In this document: piece after piece, positions 37,777-48,795 of the stretch | Numbering within the stretch: position 1 is the stretch's first letter | Layout of the letters: every line of letters starts with the position of its first letter | NCBI GenBank assembly: GCA_030265395.1 | Contig: JARFYF010000094.1 | Span: 92,576,721-92,640,720, forward strand | From: Rhina ancylostomus | Lineage: Eukaryota | Reading direction: 5' to 3' | Length of the DNA stretch: 64,000 nt | The notes under the pieces: model-generated | Database searches by the model: none | Seen by the model: only the letters and a program-made list of their open reading frames with translations | What the model was told of the DNA's origin: nothing | Made by a program: the position numbers and the translations under genes

Positions 37777-38211
37777 GAACTCTACTCCACTGGATTGTTT
37801 AGCTAAAGAACAGTGTGCCTCCAAGGATACAAGATAGGATAGGTCCACATGTAGATCAGGCTGCAAAGTAGAACCTCGACTTCATCCATGAAACTGTCAT
37901 TGCCCCTGGTAAATTCTAATCTATAATAGGTTGGAAAATGATAGCCAGGATTTTCTGCTTCTAAGTTCATCAACACATGATTTCACCATCAATGAAATCA
38001 ATTGGAAGGGCAAATTTTGAGTGAAAAATCCCAGCTAGCAATTTTAGTTTCTGTGCCAATTGTACTATCAGAAATTATGGTTCTTCAATGACATTTTCAT
38101 GGATGAAGTCGAGGTTCTACTTTGCAGTCTGATCTGCATGTGGACCTATCCTATCTTGTATCCTTGGAGGCACACTGTTCTTTAGCTAAACAGTCCAATG
38201 TAGTAGAGTTC
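37777..38211. repeat. Long inverted repeat: 126-bp arms (37777-37902, 38086-38211), 183-bp spacer
   Basis: Manual alignment of arm 1 to the reverse complement of arm 2: 120/126 identical, no indels. Confidence 0.95.
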
Positions 38212-39552
38212 TAACTTAACCACCTGAGTTCTAGGAGTTGCATAAAGCAGGGAAGAAATTCTGAGGACGAGGAAATCACATACCTCCTTCAGAAACCACA
38301 GGGTTTTCTTCAATGAAATGGAAGTTCTTATCCCAACACATGATCTTCCTGCATGATTCCCTCCTCTGTTGTACAGGCGAAGCTCTACTCACAGAATGGT
38401 TTAGCACGGAGTTCATTCTGTCCTCACAACATTATTTTATTTATATAGTTGCTTTAATGTAACAAAACCTCCAAAGAATTAAGTGAGCCATTCTTGGAGA
38501 ATAAATCTAAATAAAATCCTTACGACACATGAAAACACATTAAATATTTCCTCTGTAAACATTTCGCCAATAGGATAACTGAAGATTTCCCACATAATGA
38601 TGCTTCTTTTCACTTAACCACTTGTAACCTCATTGCTTAAGGCTTTGTTAGTTAGGAATGCAATTTTTTCAAATAGTAAAATGCTGAAGTTCTGTGACCA
38701 GAGTAAGAGGATGTGACAGCTCATTCCACTTCCCACCTTTTAATAACAGGTTGTTACAACATTCAGAGGCTGTGGACGAGTGACTGCTGCTCATTAATAG
38801 TGAGTAATGGGGCAGGAAATGGAGAACCAGGGTGCAAAGGTCAGCTGAATCTACTGGAGTGAGGTAAGCGGCAGTGAAATGACTAAAAATCCAAATCACA
38901 ATTAGAAGTGAAACAGCTGGCTCTTATTACCAAGTTAGTACCACAGAAAGAACCGGAAGACCAATCTGCTCACACCATTTGTCTTCGCATCGCAAAACAG
39001 TGGCACAACCACAGTGACTGTAAAGAGTATTTTGTGTTGGATCATTTTAAAGTCCTGTTGGTGTTTTCAATCAATATTCTTTTTCTGACATTCAGCAATG
39101 GTGCATGATTTAAAATTAGGCTGGAAGAAGGACTTCTATCAAACTAAACCCACCTGTTTTTAATGATACAGAGTGTTCCCAATTACAACAGGTAAAGTAC
39201 CATTTAAGCAGTCATATGAGCCAAATAGGGTAGAGTGGAGAGCTGTGAGAGATGGGTTAATTCATGGCTGGTGACAAAGGTGGCCTGTGTTGGTCTCTGG
39301 AGCTTGTTACAGTTAGGTTATGGACTCTACAGTGGAACATAGCTTGATGTTTACACCCCACCTAGTTCTCAAATTCCAATCTCAGGCACATGACTCTCTG
39401 AAGTATTAACAGGTGGAAGATTTTTCACATTTTATTACTAATTTGCAGTGCTGACTTTGGGGTGATAGACTTGTTACTGATGTCCGAGATCAGTAACAAG
39501 TTGCTGCCCTTTCTCTATGGGGATGATGTTCCTTCATTCTGTGCGATGGATG

Positions 39553-39875
39553 TATTGGCATTTGTTTATTATTGTCACTTGCACCCGAAGTACAGTGAAA
39601 AACTTGTCTTGCATACTGATCATACAGGTCAATTCATTACACATGCAGTTACACTGAGTTAATACAGAGTGCATTGAGGTAGTACAGGTAAAAACGATAA
39701 CAGTACAGAGTAGAGTGTCACAGCTACAGAGAAAGTACAGTGCAATAAGATGCAAGGTCACAAGGTAGATCGTGAGGTCATAGTCCATCTCATCGTATAA
39801 GGGAACCATTCAATAGTCTTATCAGAGTGGGATAGAAGCTGACCTTAAGCCTAGTGGTATGTACCCTCAGGCTCA
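39553..39875 (-). mobile_element. Rex1/Babar LINE 3' end
   Basis: SLRVHTTRLKVSFYPTLIRLLNG matches the Rex/Babar C-terminus (TTRLKxSFYPxxIRLLN), followed by 3' UTR. Confidence 0.85.
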
Positions 39876-40129
39876 TGCTAAAGGGAATTGCACTGTTGTG
39901 TGATATTTCAGAATAGAAACATGCAGATTTTTTNNNNNNNNNNNNNNNNNNNNNNNNNNNNNNNNNNNNNNNNNNNNNNNNNNNNNNNNNNNNNNNNNNN
40001 NNNNNNNNNNNNNNNNNNNNNNNNNNNNNNNNNAGCCTAGTGGTATGTACCCTCAGGCTCATGCTAAAGGGAATTGCACTGTTGTGTGATATTTCAGAAT
40101 AGAAACGTGCAGATTTTTTTGAACATAGG

Positions 40130-40545
40130 TAGGCTGCATTAGGTATATATGGCTTGCATGCAGCCTGACTAGTAATCCTTAAAGGGGCTGTCAGAGGCCT
40201 CCACCAAATAGGTACATTAAAAAAAATGAAGTACTCAAAATCAATAGGCCTCTGAACAAAGCAAATAAAGAGAAACTATTCCAATAGAATTAAAGGATTT
40301 GGCCAAAGAAGCAGTGGTGATCCGTGGAAACCCTTGTTCATGCAATGTGCATTCAGGAATCTGCTGACTCAAAAGGAGGCAGAGGGAAATCCGGTTGTCA
40401 CAAGGGAATTGAATAGGTGCTTAGGGGAGGAAATATACAGGGGTATGAGGACAGAAATAGGAATGATTGCATTACCTTTGCAGATAGTCAACATGGATTT
40501 AATAGATGAAATGGCCCACTTTCATTTTGTAATAATTCTGTATTT
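40130..40545 (+). mobile_element. Decayed CR1 3' end
   Basis: aaatagagaaactattcca-type segment, ggaatctgctgactcaaaaggaggcagagg, gaaatggcccacttt..tgtaataattctgt. Confidence 0.55.
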
Positions 40546-41258
40546 CTACACAAAGCTTTTCTTCTCTCACCCTCTCAGTCCTGTCTTAATTCTGTCTCCA
40601 GCCTTCTGATCACACCTTTTCTTCTGATCAACCTTCCCTAAACCCTGTGCTCCAGAGCACATCAAGCTATCTCCCAGGACTTATCTATAGCCCGCAATCA
40701 GTGCCCAGTAGCCTGAAACTGACAGCACAGCTTTTGGGGATAACTAGGGATGCACTGGTCTCATGTGAATGAGGCCAGATATCCAGAACTGGGTGGCCTT
40801 GAGCCACCGGTTCGGGATCAAGGATTGTTATCAGAAACCAGCCTGTGTTAACAGTGCAAAATGAACCAATTGCTTGACCAGAGTTCCTGACCAATTCTCA
40901 GAGGTAGAAATCTTGTTGAGAGTTAGAGTGAAAACAACCTGGTTGAACCCTTTTCAATTCTGAATGGGTTTTATGATTTACAGATTGAAGTATTTAGTCC
41001 CCAGTCATAGTAATGACCAAGCAGCTAGCTCTAACCTACACTTAAGTAATCTGAATACTATTGCCTCATTAAGCTGTCATTCCTTGTGATATTTGGCAAA
41101 GGTGTTTTAACAGGATATATTTTCCAAGCCCTTTTTCCAGGAGCCTGCAAAAACTAGAGTAAGGTAACATGAAGGAACACCTGAGATCAGATAAAAACAA
41201 TTTGTACCATAATTTTACAAGAAATGCTTGAGTATACATCTCACCTTCAGAAAGCTCT

Positions 41259-41274
41259 GTAGCCCCCTGGTGGA
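41259..41274 (-). promoter_or_regulatory. Candidate CTCF site
   Basis: Minus strand TCCACCAGGGGGCTAC contains the CCACCAGGGGGC core. Confidence 0.4.
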
Positions 41275-42039
41275 ATACAACCTTAAAAGGTGCACAAGCT
41301 GGTTAAATGTGAGTTGAAACACAAGTTACAATGCACCTGTGGCATTTTCAAACTGCACACCAGTGGGCACACCAGAGAAAACCGTTAACCTTTTAATTTT
41401 CTAACCCTGTCTTCACCTGTCTGTTTACGCAATTTCATCAATCACTTGAGTGCACACCCACATTTTCCTGTGTTTTTCTTACTTGTGCAAAGACTATGAG
41501 ACAGCTGTCATTTCTTTTTGGACCTTCTGCAAATTCTTCAACACTGAGGATTTGTGCTGGCAAATACCTTGATGTCTTAAAGTGAGACTAGACTTTTATA
41601 TCCCCAGAATTTTTTCTGCTTAAGAGTATTAAAATTGAAAGACTGATTTCAACATTAGCAATTCATACATGCATCAACCTTCCCTTCAACTCACGGATTA
41701 GGGAAGTATTCATCTAATGGGATGGGGAAATATTTAATAATAAAGACATCACACCAACTTCCATGCAATCGTTAGACCTTATATATATTTCATAGTAAGC
41801 TGCGGACCAAGAGGTTTTAACAATTATTATTGTCTTCCAATTTGCCAATCTGTATATTGTTCAATAATTATAATACGAATTGTTTTTACACATGCTTGAA
41901 TAAAATCTGCTTTCCCTGACTTCAGGTAGATTTTTATTACACCATGTAGCTAATTTGTAGTGCTACACGTGAAAGCAGAGAAGACATTTTATGTACAGCA
42001 AGATCCCACAGGTGGAATGAACCATTTGGCAGTGTTGCT

Positions 42040-42890
42040 AAGGCTCCAGAGTGTGTTGGTGAAATCGGCTGAAAAGTAGCAGATGATGTTCAATCCAGAC
42101 AAATGTGAGGTGGTACATTTTGGGAGTACATCTGAAGCTAGGGTGTATACCATGAATACTTGGTCTTAGGAAGTACTGAGTAACTGAGGGAACCTGGAGT
42201 ATAAGTCCATAGATCCTTGAAGGTGGCAACACAGATAGATAACATAGTTAGGAGGGCTCATGAAACGTTGGCCTTCATTAATTGGGGTACTGAGTACAGA
42301 AGAAGGGAGGTGATGCTCCAACTTTGTAAAACCTTGGTCAGATCTCAGCTGGAGTACTGCAAGCAGTTCTGATCAGTATGACATAGGAGGGATGTGACAG
42401 CACTGGAGAGAGTGCAGTGGAGATTCTTCAGGATGTTGCCTGGGTTAGAGCAGTTCAGTCATAAGGAGCAACTGGAGAAGCCAGGTCTGTTCTCCCTGGA
42501 GCAGAGGAGGTTAAGAGGGGAGATGATTGAGATGTATAAAATTAAGAGGGGAAAAGACAGGGTAGACTTCAGGAAACTATTCCTTACANNNNNNNNNNNN
42601 NNNNNNNNNNNNNNNNNNNNNNNNNNNNNNNNNNNNNNNNNNNNNNNNNNNNNNNNNNNNNNNNNNNNNNNNNNNNNNNNNNNNNNNNNNNNNNNNNNNN
42701 NNNNNNNNNNNNNNNNNNNNNNNNNNNNNNNNNNNNNNNNNNNNNNNNNNNNNNNNNNNNNNNNNNNNNNNNNNAATGTCAAGATGAGCACTTGAATTGC
42801 CAAGGCACAGAGAACTATGGAACAAGTGCTGGAATATGGGATTAATACAAGTTGGGCTAAATGGCCTGGTTCCATGTTGTACAATTCGAC
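42040..42890 (+). mobile_element. CR1 LINE ORF2 3' fragment (gap inside)
   Basis: FNPDKCEVVHFG...TALERVQWRFFRMLPGLEQFSHKEQLEKPGLFSLEQRRLRGEMIEMYKI. Confidence 0.95.
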
Positions 42891-43559
42891 AACTTTATAT
42901 TCAACTTCAAGATTAAACATGGCTACCAAGATGATTCTTTTGCACTTCAACTAACACATTTCAGCTGAAACTTTTGGCTGACAAAGGTGGAATGTTTTGA
43001 CTATTCTATTAAGCTGGAAGACAGTAATAATTGTTAAAGATTCTGAGCCAATTGGATCCACAGTTTACTGGGAAATGTCTAAAAGCACCAAAAATTTACG
43101 GATGTCAGTATAATGTCATTCCTGTTTGACTCATCAGATAATATCCAATAACAACTCCAAAGTTGTTTGTGACAGATCCTGAGCCAAGTTGCTTTGATTA
43201 CAATTCATATTTGCCTAATTATGTATACCGACTCAACAACCACATGATAAAATGTATACATTTATACCTAGATCTTTTTGGATTTGCAATTTGTTTTAAT
43301 TGCTCCACCACTGTCAGCAATGCTTTCAATTTCCAAGGCTCAAAACGTAAAATTCTCTCCCTAAACTTTTCTCCCTTATATGGATGCACTCGACTGGTCT
43401 GAAAACATAAACATGGCAGCCATCTGAGACAGGCTGACATTGCTGAATGTGATTAAAAGTTCTATAAAGACAATGCCTTTATGTTATCAAAAGATATCAT
43501 GTTGAATAATGTCCATTCTTGTAAACTTTCAAACCAAACCAGGTGTGTACATAAGGCAA

Positions 43560-43700
43560 AAAACAATGAAATCTCGAAGAAAAAGTAAAATACTGTGAGT
43601 GCTGTAAATCAGAAAAATGCCCAGGAAATGAAGGAAATACCCAACAGGCCAGGCAGCGTCTGCAGAGAGGGAAGCAGAGTGAATGCTCAAGATGCTGACT
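43560..43700. mobile_element. MER6/Penelope-like repeat half
   Basis: aaatactgtgagtgctgtaaatcagaaa...ggaaatacccaacaggccaggcagcgtctgcagagaggga. Confidence 0.6.
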
Positions 43701-43836
43701 TACATCAGCACAGAAGTTGCTATGTTGGGCAATATCCACTGAGGTTAGTTTACATTCCCTTCAGATAACAAGCATGACATTATGTAAAATAACCTACCAT
43801 AGTCTAATGCATCAGTGGACCTGCCCTTCACCTACT

Positions 43837-43886
43837 TTGTCAAGTTAATAAAAATTCCACTTGTCAAGTTAATAAAAATTCCACTT
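43837..43886. repeat. Perfect 24-bp tandem duplication
   Basis: ttgtcaagttaataaaaattccac x2. Confidence 0.95.
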
Positions 43887-46039
43887 AACAACAGTGGTTC
43901 TCCTTAATGAATACCTCAGGTCTGATTATTTTTTTACCCCTTATATTCACCGACTTTGATTCTATGGTCATTTTAAAATGGTTTAATCCCTTTTATCTTT
44001 CCTCACAAACTCAACATTTTATATACATTTGGCACACCCATTCTCAGAGTGGAACTGTACATATTTTAATAAGATTTTTCTCACTCTTTTTGTAACCTGT
44101 TAGCATTTATATACCTTTTTTTTCAGTTTTCTCTATAAAATGCAGACCTTCACTCCTCCCGTAACTTTTGGTGTATTTACCACACTCCACCACCTGTTAG
44201 CTACGAGCCACCGTCATTGAGAAAGATCAAGTTGTTCTTTAATGGTGGTTAAAGTAGCAAATTAGCATAACATAATTTAATGTCTCATTTGATGCTTTAA
44301 GTTGCCTTGGTGCTGTATTTATCATCCAGGAATTCAGGCAATATCACTCGTTATGGTTTAGTAAATATGGATTGTTTGCACATACTTACCAGCAAAAGTG
44401 CCTTGCAGGCTTTTTTCCCTACATAGATATAAAAATATTAAAGATCAAGCCAAACAGTTCCAAGAAGGTTCTTGTCCTGTTAATCCTGGGTGCTTACTTG
44501 TGTTGTCCACTACTTCCCTGACCAGTATTCTCTTTCTAAAAGATCCTGTTAGCAGTGGCAAAGTTGCTTATTTAATATTTAATTCAGTGGGCAAGCTCAC
44601 TGCATAAACATAGGCCAACAACTATGAAAAACAAAATGTGAATCTACTCATTTCAGTCTAGTAACTGAAATGGCTGCTTATTTCACTTTGGAAAGCTATC
44701 AAGTTTAGTCTTATGGTTTACTCAGAGATTTGGTGGTTTTAAAAAACATTTTCTAACAATATTCTTAGAAGTATGTTCTAAGAATGTTTTTAATTCATTT
44801 TTCCTGAATTTCGTTTAGTTTGGGCATTGCAAGACAAGGGCTTTGCAAATATATCTCCCTTCTTATTCTGTAAGAAACTGAAAATACTGCGATCAATTGC
44901 AACAGTTAATTTGGATAAATTAACTTGTTTTAACACAAAGACATAAATACCAAGCTGCCGGAGATGTTCCTAAAGTGCAGAAACCATGTTACCTTAAGCA
45001 CGATTCTGAGGTTATGTAGTTGGACAAGGTACGCACTGTTTGAGAGCCAGAATTTTGAACACCAGCTCTTTTATATAACTTTGGCGAAGACAGTTACATA
45101 ATTCATGTAATCGTAATGGGACTTACATGCTACGATGAGTATCTGCAGAAGTAGGTTAAAGTCAGTGGGGGTAAAGTATAAAAACAAAATCATCTTCTGG
45201 TGAATTCCTACAGACTGAAATCAGTTAAGACTTTAACTGGAGAAATTATGCAAATATAGTTGTTGGAATTATAAATGTTGATGAATTTGTTACTGATGCG
45301 GAGCTTTTCAGAAGGAAATCAGCTAAATATGAATGGACTAAAATATAAACAGTCTCTAACAATAGATTTAATCTGGTCAACAAGAAAACCATCAATCCAT
45401 GCAAATATGAACAACATGTGTGAATGGAATAAAGGAGCAGGTCAGAAACCTGATCCATATAAAGTTGTAGGATCTCATTACTGAGTGCGGTCCTTATGGA
45501 AACAATATTCAAATTGGCATTCAAGGTACAGAGGGAAGGGGATGAGCAGAACATCACAAATATCGACTAAAACTGATGAAAAATTATTTCATGTTGNNNN
45601 NNNNNNNNNNNNNNNTGTTCTCCTTCTAGTGGTCTTCCATGCCATACATTATAAATGATGCAAAACAACAAGCCCATACCACCCCCAAAGGCACAAAGCA
45701 TGGCTAATTGTTTAACCAATGGGGAAAAGGAGTACAGTGCGAGTTGGAGAAGGAAGAAGGAAATCTTCTCATGTTGGTTGTGCACTTTGCTCTCATTGGT
45801 TGTTGTAATGGACTAGCCATGTTTCAATGCCTCCTGGGTTATATCATTGATGTGTATCACACTGCCTGCAGGGAGATATGGTGCCATATTTACATCCACC
45901 CATTATTATTTTTATTTAAACATTTACTTCCTAATATAGCTGGGACAATCTTCTAATTTCAAAATGTTAAATCCCAAACCTTGGTTTATCTGACTGCTGC
46001 CATTCCTCAATGTAAGTAAACTTCATCAGTTCATAGCAT

Positions 46040-46196
46040 TCAAGTGTCATTTGGACAGGTTCATGGATAGGAAAAGTTTTGAAGGATATGGGTCAAATGC
46101 AAGCAAATGGAACCAGGAGAGATCTTGGTTGGGATGGACAAATTGGGGCAAAGGAGCTGTGTCTGTGCTGCAGAGTCTGAGCTCTATGACTCTATG
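46040..46196 (+). mobile_element. CR1 3' end
   Basis: catttggacaggttcatggataggaaaagttttgaaggatatggg...ctctatgactctatg. Confidence 0.9.
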
Positions 46197-46199
46197 GCT

Positions 46200-46525
46200 C
46201 ATTCTTGCCCTGAAGTCAAGAGGTTGTAGCTTCAATTTCAATAAGGTTCTTTAGACTGAGATTTCAATGAAATACTGAGGAGGTGTAGCATTATTAAAGA
46301 TGTTAGCTTTTAATTCAGATATTAAACTGTCCAATTGGTTGTAAGAAATCCATGGGCAGTATTTAAAACATGCAAAAAAATTAAATGATATTTTACCTTA
46401 AATCAATAGATAAAAAGGATTAACTTGCCATGCATTAATTTACTGGTTGTCTATGTACTAGTGACTTCAGTTCAAAAAAATTGTAAAAAGAAAAATTTGG
46501 ATGTCTTGAGGGCATTATAAGATGA
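46200..46525 (+). mobile_element. Decayed Deu-domain SINE
   Basis: cttgccctgaagtcaagaggttgtagcttca...tactgaggaggtgtagcatt...agtgacttcagttcaaaa. Confidence 0.55.
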
Positions 46526-46709
46526 TGTCCAAATATTTCTTTGATCTATCCAAATAGATCATTTCCACAGCAGTGTTAAATGACAATCATTCCTCTCCAT
46601 CTGTGCCACAATCTTAGAGTAAAGCTCCGAAGGTGCCTCATCTTTTCCTTCTCCCTACTGTTAGTGAGATCTGCCTGCACGTGTCACACCTCTTAAACAA
46701 GATACTTCC

Positions 46710-46980
46710 AATCAGGGTTGCAGCTTCGGTCATGGTTACCATCAATGGTCTTTATTGTTGCTATGCTGTCATTTACAGGTATTGCAAACACAAACTATTT
46801 TTAATCATGTTCCTGAACAAATTGCTCTGTTCTAAGCTCTGGAAAAGCGCACACAATCCATTGTTTATTGTACACTCGTCTCCACTCATTTGGAATAGAT
46901 CAAGCCTCATGCAGCCATCAATTACAAACTAAGGCCAACCAGCTGACATTAGCTCTCAGATGACTGCCAGAGAGAAATCC
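46710..46980. promoter_or_regulatory. Candidate conserved non-coding element
   Basis: CCATCAAT twice, SOX palindrome ACAAT-CC-ATTGT, TGTCA, CAGCTG and CAGATG E-boxes in a repeat-free block. Confidence 0.45.
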
Positions 46981-47424
46981 AGTATATACATATTTGTGTG
47001 TTATTCTCCATGTTTCCCACAAAGGTCAGTAAGTTCATGTGGGCAAAGGCTTGCTTTGAAATAAGCCAAAATTCTGAGATGGTCTAATTTATTTTTTTGA
47101 AGTTGTTGAGGCTAATATGAAATTCTATGTCATGAAAGATTAAGACTTGGACTAAAGTTCAACTGTGTAAATATATTGAGTGTAGTTTATTCAACAGGGT
47201 AAGAGTTATATATTGTGTAACCACATGCTTTTCAAAAATAAACATTTGAATTGAACCCCACCCTATTATAAATCATCCTGATTCATTGCTGTTTAGATAT
47301 TTCATAGAGCATTTGGACAGAAGCTTTCTTCTTCAGTATTTCATCACTTCAAGGTGAGGAGCTGAGTGGACTGTAACTGAAGACACCATGAACTTTCACC
47401 ATACTTAACACTGGAAAGATTGCA

Positions 47425-47750
47425 TGAGAAGAGGAAGAGGACATTCAAGCTGTTGTGCTTCTTCCATCATTCAATTAGATCATGGCTGATCTATATCTAA
47501 ACAAATTATAACCAACTTAGTGCCCTATCTTTTAACAAAGAATATATTCACCTCAGTTTTTAAGTTTCCAGTTTTCCTGGCCTCATGACCCTTTTTGTGG
47601 TGAGAGTGCCAAATTTCCACTTCTTATTGAGTGAGGAAATTATATTTGAATAGCTTAGCCCTAAACTTATGAGTTTATTCCTTTGTTCTGGACTGGCACT
47701 ACCAGAGGAAATAGTTTCTCTCCCTCCACCCTATCATGACCTTTAATCAA
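47425..47750 (-). mobile_element. Decayed CR1 3' end
   Basis: ccatcattcaattagatcatggctgatct...accagaggaaatagtttctctccctccaccctatca. Confidence 0.7.
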
Positions 47751-48514
47751 ATTTTTCCCCAACAATGAGTGCAATACAGAGGTAGTCCGGATGCTGGAAT
47801 TACTCACTCCTGTTTTCTCCTGCATGTAAAATTCCTGTACGTGTTTGCTGATTTCACACCTGATAAGGACATGGCAGAGCCTGCTGCACTCAAACGTGCA
47901 CCAAGAGCTCTGAGTGTGATAGGGTGACCTGCTTCCTGGTCCAACTCATTTCATGGCTCTGCTTTGAAGACAAACGGACAAGCAGCTATCGCCAACACAG
48001 GTCTTTATATTTGGCTTTTTGAATAAAGAATTATTCTAGAATTACTTGCAAAGTTCTTTAATATTTTCTGTTTATTAAAGGAGGCCATGTTTAATAATGC
48101 CCTGTCCATCCTTTTGCTATACCATGTATTTCTAGAAGAATTTAATAAGTTTTGTGGCAAGTGAGGAAATAATCAAAATCCTCATTATCAGATCTGGAAC
48201 TTATTTGTTCATCTGTATACTAATTTGTTCCACTGTGGATTAAAGTATTCAGTTCCTGACTGTGTATGTCATCTGGAATATAAAGAAAAGCCTCACAGTC
48301 AATCTACCACCATGTTTTACATATTTTTCCCCCTTTTCATGATTTTCTGTGCATATGATGAAGTGGCCTCCCCATCCAATGTCATTCTCATTGGTAGGAC
48401 ACTCACTAAGGAATTATCATGAGCTAAATAGAAAATCATTTGGAGGTGTCTTTCATGAATGAGATCTTCAAACTTCTAATAACAACATTACATGGCTCAG
48501 TTTGTTTATACCTT

Positions 48515-48597
48515 TGTGGCGACTTACCTTTCACGAACCGGCTCCCACGATCGCGAGCGTTGTCGGAGGCCCCGACACAAGATGGCGTGGGGCACTC
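48515..48597 (+). mobile_element. Probable young LTR retrotransposon terminus entering a gap
   Basis: Abrupt TGTGGCGAC start, about 10 CpGs in 83 bp against a CpG-depleted background, ends at N gap. Confidence 0.45.
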
Positions 48598-48697
48598 NNN
48601 NNNNNNNNNNNNNNNNNNNNNNNNNNNNNNNNNNNNNNNNNNNNNNNNNNNNNNNNNNNNNNNNNNNNNNNNNNNNNNNNNNNNNNNNNNNNNNNNN

Positions 48698-48795
48698 ATG
48701 GGTAGGTTAATTTGGGGTTTAAAATGGGCGGTGCAGACTTGTTGGGCCGGAAGGACCTGTTACCACACTGTAAATAAAATTTTTAAAATATTAAA
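48698..48795 (+). mobile_element. Young V-SINE 3' half
   Basis: ggtaggttaatttggggtttaaaatgggcggtgcagacttgttgggccggaaggacctgttaccacactgtaaataaaa. Confidence 0.85.

Noticed and set aside
38230-38410. Possible further Myb-like remnant on the minus strand (VQQRRE...KKTLW)
   Set aside because: Too few residues to distinguish from chance
39848-40120. About 86-bp direct repeat flanking a 100-N gap
   Set aside because: Same artefact: overlapping contig ends differing by one base
44761-44785. Short perfect hairpin (10-bp arms); similar small ones near 6526-6560 and 46542-46561
   Set aside because: Short AT-rich stems are expected by chance in 64 kb
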